A stretch of 41,790 bases of DNA. Source: Octopus bimaculoides. Lineage: Eukaryota. The DNA lies in NCBI RefSeq assembly GCF_001194135.2, contig NC_068990.1, positions 19,101,812 through 19,143,601 of the forward strand, given 5' to 3'. A model generated the notes under the pieces. That model made no database searches. It was given only the letters and a program-made list of their open reading frames with translations, and was not told the DNA's origin. Below are positions 26,851-38,984 of this stretch, in pieces. Both the position numbers and the translations under genes were made by a program. The first letter of the stretch is position 1, and each line of letters begins with the position of its first letter.

Positions 26851-26889
26851 CACTTGCTTAATTCACGCATGCCATCTCCTTGCCATACA
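26851..26889 (-). CDS. Candidate 39-nt symmetric micro-exon (VWQGDGMRELSK) of an unidentified host gene
   Basis: Long pyrimidine tract ending TTAAATACAG| upstream, TG|GTAAGC donor downstream, length a multiple of 3, one open frame. No homology recognised. Confidence 0.25.
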
Positions 26890-28123
26890 CTGTATTTAAC
26901 AAGATTAAAATGGCCAAAAAATATAAATAAAAATAAAGAGGAGAAATGAAAATAGACACTGAGACATTTATAGAGGTCCCATGGAGGATACGGTAAAATA
27001 AAATGAAACGAATCAAGCTGGAATGAAAACCACTTCACAAAATGATGCCAGCGTGGGGAAGGCTTAATTAAAGCTCTTCGTAGCTCACAAATTCACATTC
27101 TAATAACCGATCTCATGGCTATGCAATAGACCAAATAAATGTCGGTCGAATTATTTATAGCGAATCAACAATAAAACAGAATCTCAAATGGAGCGTGCAA
27201 TCGACTTGCTGGGAAAATATTTTATCTGCACAGTGTTCCTCCGATTCATTTTTCTAGCTATTTATTTCTATCATTAGCATAACAATGCAAACATAAGGGG
27301 AATAAGAAGTTTCTACTGAATACATATGAACAGATTGTAGATTGTTGAAAGGCAATGTTAGCTGCGACTGCTTTCGAAGGAAGATTGTAGATAAAGGAAG
27401 TCGATTAGCTTAGTGAATTCGTCATTGTGGATACTGGTTTTAAAATGTTTGCATGAAGACCTGTCAGTTATTAGGGACAATATGAAATGAAGTGATAGCA
27501 ATCGAAAAAGAAAAAAAAAACAAAAAGAAAAAGAAACCTTGCCGTTTCTGTTTGCATATTACCATACAGAAATATCTTCGGTCTGACACTGCATCTATGC
27601 GTCTGCATATCTCTGTATTTCTTTAGTTATAGTTCTCCATGATCGACTACACGTGTCATCAAAATCATTCTAACAATTATCTTCTCACCGTTCTTGGTAT
27701 TCATACCCTTGTTTTGAACAGTAGCATGTGTTATGTGATCTGTTTAATATCGATAACGTTTAGGTCGACATGTGACCCACATGTTACCACGTGTTATACG
27801 TATTGAACACAGGTGGATAAATAGTAAAGTGTAATGTGACAATAATTGAAATCAATTTTTCGAAGAGAAAACTGTGCGGTAATTAAGATGCCTCTTAATT
27901 ATTTCAATACTTATTAATTTCCTATATTTTTATGGTGGGAAAATAGTTTATGTAATCACCCCTAGATTTACTATTGATTGAATACACGTTATGTTATCGA
28001 AAGAATGATGATGAAAGGCACATTTTGAAACACAGCAAATTTTGGACACAGAGCATACAAGGACATAACTGAATAGAACAGCGAATCCGTGTGCTACACA
28101 AGAATCACTAGTCTGCTCCTAGA

Positions 28124-28386
28124 TATCATTCCGGAGTTATTAATTCAGTGCACATCAAAAGTTTCATTATACAAACTACTTCAGAAACATATCGGCACTG
28201 ACGCAAAATATTTATTTATGTATTGAAATGGCAGTGCAGAAAAATAATTATGGCCATAATATTCCCATATGCTACGTTGTTGTGAAATATGATTCGAATC
28301 GTTTTAGCAAAACTCAAATTGTTCGTTATAAAAGCAAAAAATCATTTCTTTAATTTACAAAACCTTAAAGTTTACCTTCTATATTA
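28124..28386 (-). repeat. Right arm of a long inverted repeat (partner 26272-26563)
   Basis: TATCATTCCGGAGTTATTAATTCAGTGCACATCAAAAGTTTCATTATA...ACCTTAAAGTTTACCTTCTATATTA is the reverse complement of the left arm. Confidence 0.92.
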
Positions 28387-28504
28387 TACGCAATGAGAAT
28401 CGTGCGCTGCAACGAGAGGATTTCTACACGATCATTTGGACTGCTAAAAGTATCAGTTACGTTTTTTTCACATAATATCCTACTATTTAAAAATAAAAGG
28501 TATA

Positions 28505-29800
28505 CAGAATGTCGATAAAATATCTTTACAATTTCAAATATTTATTACAAAGCCAATTGATGGGATATGTTTATTTGCTTTGTTCTATACACCCAGTGGT
28601 TATGAAGTTTCTAATAACCATGCATTTGTGTTTTTCAAGTACCCTGATGATGGAAACCCTTCAGTTAAATGAAATCCTAAGAAGCGGCTACTTCTCAAGA
28701 AACGGCACAATGTGTATCAAGATTTATTGAAACAAAATCGGACTTGCAGGCCCACAGACACTACAGGATTAAGTATGAAATACATCCAGCGTCACGTCCG
28801 TCAATTCGTGCATGGTACAAGGAATTTATGGAAAGAGGAACAGTGTTGGATAATGGGAGGAGTAGACGATGAATATTATCTGAGGAAAACATCGATCGTA
28901 TAAGACAAGCCGTTGCTAGTTGTCCTACAAAGTCCATGCGTGCTGCTGCTAGACAGTTACACGATCAATAATGTACAAAGTCCTCTCACAAAGTGCAACT
29001 CTTAGAGGCACTCGAAACAAATGATAAACTAAGACAAGAAAAAATTGCAGTGAACATGCTGGAACGAATTTCGGAGGATTCAACGTTTTTCACCCGAGTT
29101 TCTTTTAGTCATGAGGCAACCTTACATGTTTCAGAGAAACTGAACACACATAATATGATAATCCGGGGATCAGAACACATCCATGTGACGAGGGGACTTC
29201 ACCGACGAAGTCCAGAAATGAATGTCTACTGTGGGATGATGTCCATTTTTCTTCACAGAGAGATCAATTTCTGCCAATATTTACCTTAAACTTTTGACTG
29301 AATATGTGACACCACAACTGGATGACGTTCAACCAGCCATCATTTTCCATCAGGAATGTGAACCACAACATTGAGAACTGCATGTTCATGGGTTCTTAAA
29401 TCAAGCAGTTCCAGACTGGTGGATTGGGAGGGATGCATCAATTCCCTGGCCACCTCGTTCCTCAGACATCACTCGCCTGGACATTTATCTATTGACATGT
29501 GTATCGATCAAAGATGCAGGACATCAATGGCTTGAAGCAAAGGATCCCTGAATTCCATGGCCACCGCTGATAAGTCTGTGCTACAGCGAGCATGGCAAGA
29601 AATTAGTTACCGTTTTTATGTGTTTCGTGCAACTAATACTGCCCATATAGAGATGTTTTAAATAAAGCAAAAAAAAAAAAAATGCAAAAAAAACCTTCAA
29701 TATCTACTCCTCGTTTTGAAATATTTTTCAGAGATTTATCAATTTATTTGTTTTTGTAATAAATTTTTGAAAATGTAAAAAAGATTTTATGGACACCCTG
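28505..29800 (+). mobile_element. Near full-length decayed Tc1/mariner DD41D (rosa/VS-type) transposon
   Basis: ~50-bp TIRs at roughly 80% identity (CAGAATGTCGATAAAATATCTTTACAATTTCAAATATTTATTACAAA at 28505 vs revcomp of right end CAGGGTGTCCATAAAATCTTTTTTACATTTTCAAAAATTTATTACAAA). TA at 28503-4 and 29801-2. Length 1296 bp. Confidence 0.92.
28684..29661 (+). pseudogene. DD41D transposase pseudogene
   Basis: Translation: ATSQETAQCVSRFIETKSD...SRPSIRAWYKEFMERGTVLDNGRSRR*ILSEENIDRIRQA...FSHEATLHVSEKLNTHN...YLKLLTEYVTPQLDDVQPAIIFHQECEPQH*ELHVHGFLNQAVPDWWIGRDASIPWPPRSSDITRLD...RATNTAHIEMF*. D1 is now H, D2 is now E, and there are 41 residues to D3. Confidence 0.92.
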
Positions 29801-30928
29801 TATTTCATAATGAACTCGAAGATATATTGAAATATCCCGTACGATAAACATGCAAGACTGTCACATATGGAGTGATGTCAATCACTGAACTTCCCAATAA
29901 GGTGTAACAAAGAGTTATACAAGAGTGACGCGCGTGTGATGATAAATTCTAGACCCACATATTTCCGATACTTATTTTATTGACAGGCAAACAACAGTAG
30001 ATGGAGAGTGTAGAGATTTTTAGCGCATTGAATACTGCAATGAATGTAAGCAGCCGCTGTAACGTTTCAATAAGTATTGATCGTTATTTGTAAAAGGAAA
30101 TTTGAATCAAAAGAAATTGAATTAGTTACCGTATTAATAATCAAAACTCACTCTCTATGCATTTGATGTGATTAGCTTTGAATGTACATATTTGTTATAA
30201 TATTCCCAAAACATGGGAAATGATGTTACTTTGAATAATAGAAAGCATCACTTTGTCTTGTACTCTGACGTTTGGAACACAAATACTTTTGAAATATATC
30301 TGGCCGCTACATCAGTTTATCGTTAGCGATGTAATTTGGCATTTTTCGTAGATTAATAATATTATTTGAATATATAATATTACAGGATGTTGATTAAATT
30401 TCGAAATTAGCAAACGCTAATAATATTATGCTCTCCAAACTAAATAACGTTATTGAATTCAAGCTATTTCCGGCTGTTTTCCTTTAAATTATTTAGAATT
30501 AACCTCGCTACCTAATTCGAAATTACTGTTATATCAGTTACGGTGCAATGGATGTTTTCACATTTCCATAAGCATGTATTATGTATAAAGAAATGCATAT
30601 NNNNNNNNNNNNNNNNNNNNNNNNNNNNNNNNNNNNNNNNNNNNNNNNNNNNNNNNNNNNNNNNNNNNNNNNNNNNNNNNNNNNNNNNNNNNNNNNNNNN
30701 NNNNNNNNNNNNNNNNNNNNNNNNNNNNNNNNNNNNNNNNNNNNNNNNNNNNNNNNNNNNNNNNNNNNNNNNNNNNNNNNNNNNNNNNNNNNNNNNNNNN
30801 NNNNNNNNNNNNNNNNNNNNNNNNNNNNNNNNNNNNNNNNNNNNNNNNNNNNNNNNNNNNNNNNNNNNNNNNNNNNNNNNNNNNNNNNNNNNNNNNNNNN
30901 NNNNNNNNNNNNNNNNNNNNNNNNNNNN

Positions 30929-30959
<31 letters not shown>

Positions 30960-31839
30960 GGAGATTGAGTGAGATAATTAGGGAGACGGGATGATGGGAA
31001 GAGAGCGAGATAAAGAGAGAAGGGTACATTCTTCTATATTGATGAACGATTCCATTGTTTTCACTTGAGAAAATGATATTTGATGAATACATGATCCACT
31101 GGAGAATTCACAATCCTGGAGCCGAAAAATTAACTGCTTTGATTATGCTTAGATATTAAGAATCAGATTGATGAGGGAATTCTGCAGAGATGTTGCAAGG
31201 GCTAAATACACATGACATCTAAAAGTTTTTCTTCTTGTCATTGTTGTGATTTCTAATCTGCTGCATAATATTAGGTTATGCCTTTCGCTTTAATGCACTA
31301 ATGCGTCTGACGCAATAAATAGCTGCATCATCAATGAAAAATGTTATTTTGCTTCTAAAATGTGAAATACAAATTCGACTCCCCACAGGCTAGGATCGCA
31401 GGATAAATTCTTGGAAGCTGCAAATCGAGAAGACACCTAAGATTAGGTCAAGTACAACATGGCTGGGTAATAGACATGATCTCATTTGGTCACGCTAAGG
31501 TACCAGTAGGAAAGTTCAATGAGAGTTACTTATAAGACTATGAAGGAGGTGCTTCCAGGAATAGTGGGAGAAGAAAATGGATGTATATATGGATGGATAG
31601 ATGAACAATATTAGATTTCATACCGTAATGTGTAAAACGTAAGAGACTTCCACAAGAGCGTTTGCTTGGTGCTTTTCATAATCCCTGACTTCAGATTAAT
31701 CAGTCTCTGCTGTTCACAAGTTGCAGACCAATTGCAATTCCTTGTTCGCTTACCTGTCTATATCCGTATACGTATGATACTCTACACTTGCTCTCATCAT
31801 CCTGATTATGACGTTGGAATTAGCAATGGAAACGAGGTA

Positions 31840-31996
31840 CGAAGCGGTGCTGAAAAGTTTCTGGCTTTAAGGGTATCGCGAACGGTCTGGATGGAGGCCC
31901 AACGTTCCGTGTACGTTTACAGGGCTTAGAGAAACAGATGGGGCGCTGCAATAAATGTTTGAACTTGATATGTTGGATTTGATAGTGGAATAAGTT

Positions 31997-31997
<1 letters not shown>
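31840..31997 (+). mobile_element. Mariner-type non-autonomous element fragment (one TIR plus transposase C-terminal remnant), truncated at a (TA)n tract
   Basis: TA|CGAAGCGGTGCTGAAAAGTTTCTGGCTTT is a mariner-like terminus. One frame reads QGLEKQMGRCNKCLNL, like the mariner C-terminal RCNKCV..GEYVE motif. The second TIR was not found. Confidence 0.65.
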
Positions 31998-32060
<63 letters not shown>

Positions 32061-32844
32061 ATTGTTTACATGTATATATGTATGTATGCATGGACGCATG
32101 CATGCATATATTTATGTATGGATGGATGGATAGATTCTTGCATATATGTATGCACTCGGTCATTACGAGTTCACTTTGGCATTCAAATTATATATAACAT
32201 TAAAAGAAAAATTCTGCTACAATTTCTGCATTCAAATATTTTTACTATCATTCTATTGGGAATGACATTTACAAAATTCTGTTTTTTTTTCGTATCGCAT
32301 TACACACTATACAAAAATATTATATACTCTTTGAAATGGCGAGTGCAATTTATTGGACGAGATTCCATGTTGACTATACGCATTGAAGACGCAGAAGCAG
32401 GACGCTACACTGTTTTGCGCTATGGCAAGATATTTGACAGAAGTATCATTATATGGCCCTCTGCTTTTACGTCTTTCAGAGATATAGTCAAACGAAATCG
32501 GTCCCACTGTAGTACTATAGTGCTCGTCGCTTCAATGGGTGAAAATACGACATAATACACTTTGTCCTAAGCAAAAAAGCGTGATATAACGGCATTTCTT
32601 TTCGCATATCCAAGTATATTGTCTTGGAAAGCCAATTTTTTTCCAAATTGATGGCGGTCCAGAAAGCAGGGCTGTAGTGTAGTTTTCAAGAATATTTAAG
32701 CTGCAGTAGACCAGGAAGATACCTGGTTGTGGTGCAGGTCTGTCAATGAATGCATTGTACAGGTCGGTGAAGGACGATGGAATCCAGGAGACGCTTGACA
32801 AGAGAATACATAAAGGGATAACGAAACTTATACTGAGAAGCTCG

Positions 32845-33050
32845 ATTGATCCCGAATCGTTAGCGCGTCGGTCAAGATGCTAAGTGACGTCTCTTCCGGC
32901 TTTACGCTCCGAGTTTTAATTCTGCCGATGTCGACTTTGCATTTCATCATTTGGAGTTCGATAAAAAATAGCAGTTGCACACTGGGGTCGATGTAATCGA
33001 ATAGCCACCTCCCCCAAGGTCTCGGGCTTTGTGCCTATAGTATAAACTGC
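32845..33050 (+). mobile_element. SINE family C
   Basis: GAATCGTTAGCGCGTCGGTCAAGATGCTAAG...CTTTACGCTCCGAGTTTTAATTCTGCCGATGTCGACTTTGCATTTCAT...CACTGGGGTCGATGTAATCGA. Confidence 0.8.
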
Positions 33051-34544
33051 TTTTAACAAGATGGTCAATTATTAAAATGGTTAGACATACCGCAGTTTTT
33101 CAGGGCCGTTTACATTCAGAGTTCTAATCTCATCCGTGTCAACATACAAATTTCAAGAAATTAAGTATGAGTAAAAAACTGGTGCCAGTATAATCATCAT
33201 TTAGCGTCTTCTCACATGTATCTAACATGGCGATTATTTTAGCAATCAATATTTGAAGAATCTTCTTGGGCACATTATCTTGAGCTGGCTCAATGTTTGT
33301 CAACTTCTCCACGATTATTTTCGAATAATGAAGCAGAAAATTGAACAATTTCAATTAGATAATTTCCTTAGTGCTTTAAAGAGATAATCAAATATATTTA
33401 TTTTGATTGCGCTATGTAGGCTCCACATTATAAGTTTGTAACTACACTCTTAATGTTTATTTATTACTTTCTGTAATCCGTTGGAAAATTACTTTGCATT
33501 TTACCAGTCGTGTAAAACACTTTGCAACACGAAATGATATTGAAAAGTAGAGAAAAAACATAACTGATAAAAAGTTTATATAATATACAGAGAGAATATC
33601 TACGAAAGTTAGACTCTTCTGCAATTTCTCGAGCAATTTTCAAAATAATTTCTTCAATTTCATACATCGTTGTTTCTGTTTAGATATTTCTATTTACTAA
33701 ATTTTCTCATGTTTACGTTCAGCAATGGGCATCATCATCGTTAATATAATTTGCGTGTTGACAATAATTATATTTTTGTAGGTTCCATTTCCAAACCGGC
33801 CTTGCAGCCTAGTTGAAGCTAAAATGAAGTAAACAAAAGAAAAGAAAAAGTAAAAATATTAGTCTTAAGTAAAAGGTTTTTCTTTCTTATGAAATTCCAT
33901 TCTTTACAAAGATTCGTCTCCATTGTTCTCCTTACTTCAAGTGAAGGTGTTCAAATATCGAAGAAGTAAGAATATAATATCCGTGTATTTGAAGCATAAT
34001 CATTAGAATGATTCACCATTTTGATAGAAATAATAATGGGGAAACTATATATTTTTTTTACGGTTGGAAAAATAAAATGGTATATTCATAATTGCATATT
34101 CACAGAAGACAAAATTATCTTTTTTTTTTATATTCTTTTACTGACATAAAATGTTACACTCGAAATATCTATTGAATAAATCATTTGCTAAAGTTCTACA
34201 CATTGTGCTATTTGTATTTTTTTTCTTTTTGGTTTCTGTTGCTATCGAAATATATTCACGTTATGCTCTCTCTTACTCCTTATTGTTTCGTTAGAGACAC
34301 ACATATGCACGATCAGATAAAGACGTATATACGCACACACCCCACTCCCGAAAACATACAAACACAAATTTACAACAAGACGGCTGATAGTGGCTTACTT
34401 GTTTTGGTCGGCTGCCCTTTGTCGACTACTCAGCCGATCTTTCGAAATCACTGTCAGCCTTCTAAATACTTACTCGACAGGAAAGTATAACTACTTCAGT
34501 TTAATTCTGGATTTTCATTTTTCCATGTTGTTACTCGAGATCAA

Positions 34545-34725
34545 AACGACACCGAGCTGACAGAATTGAAGAATACGCTCTACGGCTTCTGGTCAGTTTT
34601 TACCTTCTGAATACAAATTCCGGTGTGGTTGAATTTGCCTTTCATTTTTTCAGGGAGGATAAAATAAGTACCAGTTGAGCGGTGTGATCGATGTAATTGA
34701 CTGCTTACTTGAGCCAAAGTCTAAA
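34545..34725 (+). mobile_element. SINE family C, followed by a (GT)n tract
   Basis: TTCTGAATACAAATTCC...TTTGCCTTTCAT...GATAAAATAAGTACCAGTTGAGC...GATCGATGTAATTGAC. Confidence 0.75.
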
Positions 34726-34729
34726 ACCT

Positions 34730-34851
<122 letters not shown>

Positions 34852-35799
34852 TAACAGAAATAGAATGAAGTAGATGGAGTTGAAACTAGATTAAATATAA
34901 TAGAATTAGATAAAATGAAAATAAAATATAAACAAACGGTGATAAGAGTGTTCATATATGAATTTCTACACACATATATGTTTGCATCCATACGCACATA
35001 CATATATATATGCGCTAATATGTGTGTGTCTGAGCGTGGGTGTATGTATATGTATATATGGAAACGATTTTTTCGAACATGTGTAATGGGAAGCATTTAT
35101 GGATAGATTGCAAGATATACGTTCGAATAAATATTTACTGTCATATACCAAACGTTGGTAAACAATTTTCTAAAATATTTTCAGCTAAAATAATCGATAT
35201 TTTGCAGAGTTGTTTATAAAGTTTTATATATTTATTTGTATATAATGGAAGAGATGTTTACATAATGATATTTCTTAATTTTTTCTCTCTGTGACGCAAA
35301 GTAATAAAACTAAAATAAAACTTGCATTGATTCAATATGAAGTATTTGTTAAGCAAGGATGTCGAAAAGAAAATGATAGAACACAAAGTTTTTATTCCAT
35401 ATATATATAAATATTCATCAATTTGTCACTATCACTCATAATTTGTTAGTATTTTAATGTTCCTACCCACGAAACTAAGGCCATATCTTGTTACCGCTTA
35501 GCGATCGTGAAACGTGCCCGCCATCATTATTTCATTCAGACGAGCAATAGTAAGATCATCCATTTCACGGATGAGTGGCCGAGCAGTATTTTAACTAACG
35601 TTGTGTGCAATCACAGACACACCTGCGTGAAGTCATGGCTACAAACGTCGTATACACTCGTAAGTGTGGGTGTGGGTGGTGGTGTGTATTTATGAATACT
35701 TCCATATATTCAATCATAAGTAATAAAGATCCCTCAACAGTCATATAGACTTAGGGGGCAGTTTTCCCGGTTACTATGATGCATACGCTTCTGCCGTAC

Positions 35800-35940
35800 G
35801 TACTCATGTTTGCAAGCTGCGTAGATTGGTAGAATGTGAAATGAAGTGTTTTGCTCAAGGTCACATGACATCGCCCTTTCCAGGAATCGAAACCACTATC
35901 TCACGATCATGAGTCCAAGACTGTAACCACAAGCCGACAC
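35800..35940 (-). mobile_element. SINE family A, 5' head (diverged)
   Basis: Revcomp: GTCGGCTTGTGGTTACAGTCTTGGACTCATGATCGTGAGATAGTGGTTTCGATTCCTGG...CCTTGAGCAAAACACTTCATTTCAC, homologous to 2210-2330. Confidence 0.75.
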
Positions 35941-35956
35941 AATATATACACACACA

Positions 35957-36019
<63 letters not shown>

Positions 36020-36059
36020 GGTGTGTTAATTATGAAGTAGTTTTAATATTGTTTTGTAT

Positions 36060-36200
36060 CGAGAAACAATACCATTAATCTTGATACCTTGATCGCTACT
36101 GCAATGCCAGAGGTCAAACAGTGGAATTTGAACTCAGAACATAAATAATCAGAATGATTCGGCAAAACCGTCGGTCTGACACTGTGCGCCATCTATTAGC
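36060..36200 (-). mobile_element. SINE family C fragment (very diverged)
   Basis: GGAATTTGAACTCAGAACATAAA at ~36124 also occurs in the 26130-26145 copy. Confidence 0.5.
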
Positions 36201-37558
36201 TCACTACTCTCAAGTACTTGAATAATGACATCACATCTTTGAAATTTCATTATGCATATTACAAATGTTAACACTAAATAAAACCGGTGGCCAAAATAAA
36301 TATTTGCGGATACAGGAATATATAACATAACAATGTAATAATTTCCTGTCAAATACCATTTCTTGGTCAGCATCTTCTATCCTGCTGTCAAACACCAGTT
36401 TGTAAAGTTATTTTACATGGAATATGTATAAATCTCTTGCAAAATGACAAGAAGTTTCTAAACATCAACATATAACATGATTTAAGAAAGGATTCAGTTG
36501 GATGTGGAGCACTCTAGTAAATATCAAGTCAAAGACACACACACATGCATGTACATACACATGAATATATATATATATATATATATATANNNNNNNNNNN
36601 NNNNNNNNNNNNNNNNNNNNNNNNNNNNNNNNNNNNNNNNNNNNNNNNNNNNNNNNNNNNNNNNNNNNNNNNNNNNNNNNNNNNNNNNNNNNNNNNNNNN
36701 NNNNNNNNNNNNNNNNNNNNNNNNNNNNNNNNNNNNNNNNNNNNNNNNNNNNNNNNNNNNNNNNNNNNNNNNNNNNNNNNNNNNNNNNNNNNNNNNNNNN
36801 NNNNNNNNNNNNNNNNNNNNNNNNNNNNNNNNNNNNNNNNNNNNNNNNNNNNNNNNNNNNNNNNNNNNNNNNNNNNNNNNNNNNNNNNNNNNNNNNNNNN
36901 NNNNNNNNNNNNNNNNNNNNNNNNNNNNNNNNNNNNNNNNNNNNNNNNNNNNNNNNNNNNNNNNNNNNNNNNNNNNNNNNNNNNNNNNNNNNNNNNNNNN
37001 NNNNNNNNNNNNNNNNNNNNNNNNNNNNNNNNNNNNNNNNNNNNNNNNNNNNNNNNNNNNNNNNNNNNNNNNNNNNNNNNNNNNNNNNNNNNNNNNNNNN
37101 NNNNNNNNNNNNNNNNNNNNNNNNNNNNNNNNNNNNNNNNNNNNNNNNNNNNNNNNNNNNNNNNNNNNNNNNNNNNNNNNNNNNNNNNNNNNNNNNNNNN
37201 NNNNNNNNNNNNNNNNNNNNNNNNNNNNNNNNNNNNNNNNNNNNNNNNNNNNNNNNNNNNNNNNNNNNNNNNNNNNNNNNNNNNNNNNNNNNNNNNNNNN
37301 NNNNNNNNNNNNNNNNNNNNNNNNNNNNNNNNNNNNNNNNNNNNNNNNNNNNNNNNNNNNNNNNNNNNNNNNNNNNNNNNNNNNNNNNNNNNNNNNNNNN
37401 NNNNNNNNNNNNNNNNNNNNNNNNNNNNNNNNNNNNNNNNNNNNNNNNNNNNNNNNNNNNNNNNNNNNNNNNNNNNNNNNNNNNNNNNNNNNNNNNNNNN
37501 NNNNNNNNNNNNNNNNNNNNNNNNNNNNNNNNNNNNNNNNNNNNNNNNNNNTATATAT

Positions 37559-38206
37559 ATAATTATTACAAATTAAAAGGGTAACGGTTTATCAATTTAT
37601 TGATTTATTAATAAAACAACAATTAATAATTTTTACCAAGCCCTTCGGTATGTAAGCACCATTATCGGTGGAGAACTTATTTAAAAGTTCATATACATTT
37701 ATAAACATAATTAAGGGATCAGCAAATATTTGCTTCACCCTATACCGAAGTTCAGAAATAGCAGCTAAAAAAGCTGAGACTCCAACAGATAGCATTACTT
37801 GTAATTCACAAAGGCAAAAACAAGAAAAAAAAAAATGAAAACTAACCATTCTGGAGTGAATCGTAGACGCGTTTCTGGATTATGAGTGATAAATACTCCA
37901 TTTCCTTCATCAATACGATATTCCAGTAGTAAATTCGACCATGCTAACAAGCTGTGCATGCATGAACGAGTGAACATTCTACACCGACACAAACCTGAAA
38001 GCATAACCGAATCTACCTCGGCCAGCCAGTCCACTATCCTTCCTTCAAGAAATTACCATGTGCGTGACAAGCAATACCGCAAAGAATCTGCGTTTACTAA
38101 CAGGGAGTGAATAATTATTACAAATTCAAAGGGGAAAGGTTTATCAATTTATTGATTTATTAATAAATCAACAATTAATAATTTTTACCAAGCCCTTCGG
38201 TATGTA
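37559..38206. repeat. 96-bp direct repeats (37559-37654 and 38111-38206; 552-bp offset) flanking ~456 bp of unique sequence
   Basis: ATAATTATTACAAATT...TTTTTACCAAGCCCTTCGGTATGTA is present twice, with 4 substitutions in 96 bp. The unit is bounded by (TA)n and N-gaps on both sides. Confidence 0.9.
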
Positions 38207-38984
38207 TATTATGTATATATATATATATNNNNNNNNNNNNNNNNNNNNNNNNNNNNNNNNNNNNNNNNNNNNNNNNNNNNNNNNNNNNNNNNNNNNNNNN
38301 NNNNNNNNNNNNNNNNNNNNNNNNNNNNNNNNNNNNNNNNNNNNNNNNNNNNNNNNNNNNNNNNNNNNNNNNNNNNNNNNNNNNNNNNNNNNNNNNNNNN
38401 NNNNNNNNNNNNNNNNNNNNNNNNNNNNNNNNNNNNNNNNNNNNNNNNNNNNNNNNNNNNNNNNNNNNNNNNNNNNNNNNNNNNNNNNNNNNNNNNNNNN
38501 NNNNNNNNNNNNNNNNNNNNNNNNNNNNNNNNNNNNNNNNNNNNNNNNNNNNNNNNNNNNNNNNNNNNNNNNNNNNNNNNNNNNNNNNNNNNNNNNNNNN
38601 NNNNNNNNNNNNNNNNNNNNNNNNNNNNNNNNNNNNNNNNNNNNNNNNNNNNNNNNNNNNNNNNNNNNNNNNNNNNNNNNNNNNNNNNNNNNNNNNNNNN
38701 NNNNNNNNNNNNNNNNNNNNNNNNNNNNNNNNNNNNNNNNNNNNNNNNNNNNNNNNNNNNNNNNNNNNNNNNNNNNNNNNNNNNNNNNNNNNNNNNNNNN
38801 NNNNNNNNNNNNNNNNNNNNNNNNNNNNNNNNNNNNNNNNNNNNNNNNNNNNNNNNNNNNNNNNNNNNNNNNNNNNNNNNNNNNNNNNNNNNNNNNNNNN
38901 NNNNNNNNNNNNNNNNNNNNNNNNNNNNNNNNNNNNNNNNNNNNNNNNNNNNNNNNNNNNNNNNNNNNNNNNNNNNNNNNNNNN

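Noticed and set aside
32723-32793. 71-nt minus-strand exon-like segment (VSWIPSSFTDLYNAFIDRPAPQP)
   Set aside because: Splice signals are only moderate, no homology is recognised, and two frames are equally open.
33781-33965. Two small plus-strand exon-like segments that could join as ...EAKMKFVSIVLLTSSEG
   Set aside because: Short and not recognisable as any family; comparable to the chance rate of AG/GT pairs in AT-rich DNA.
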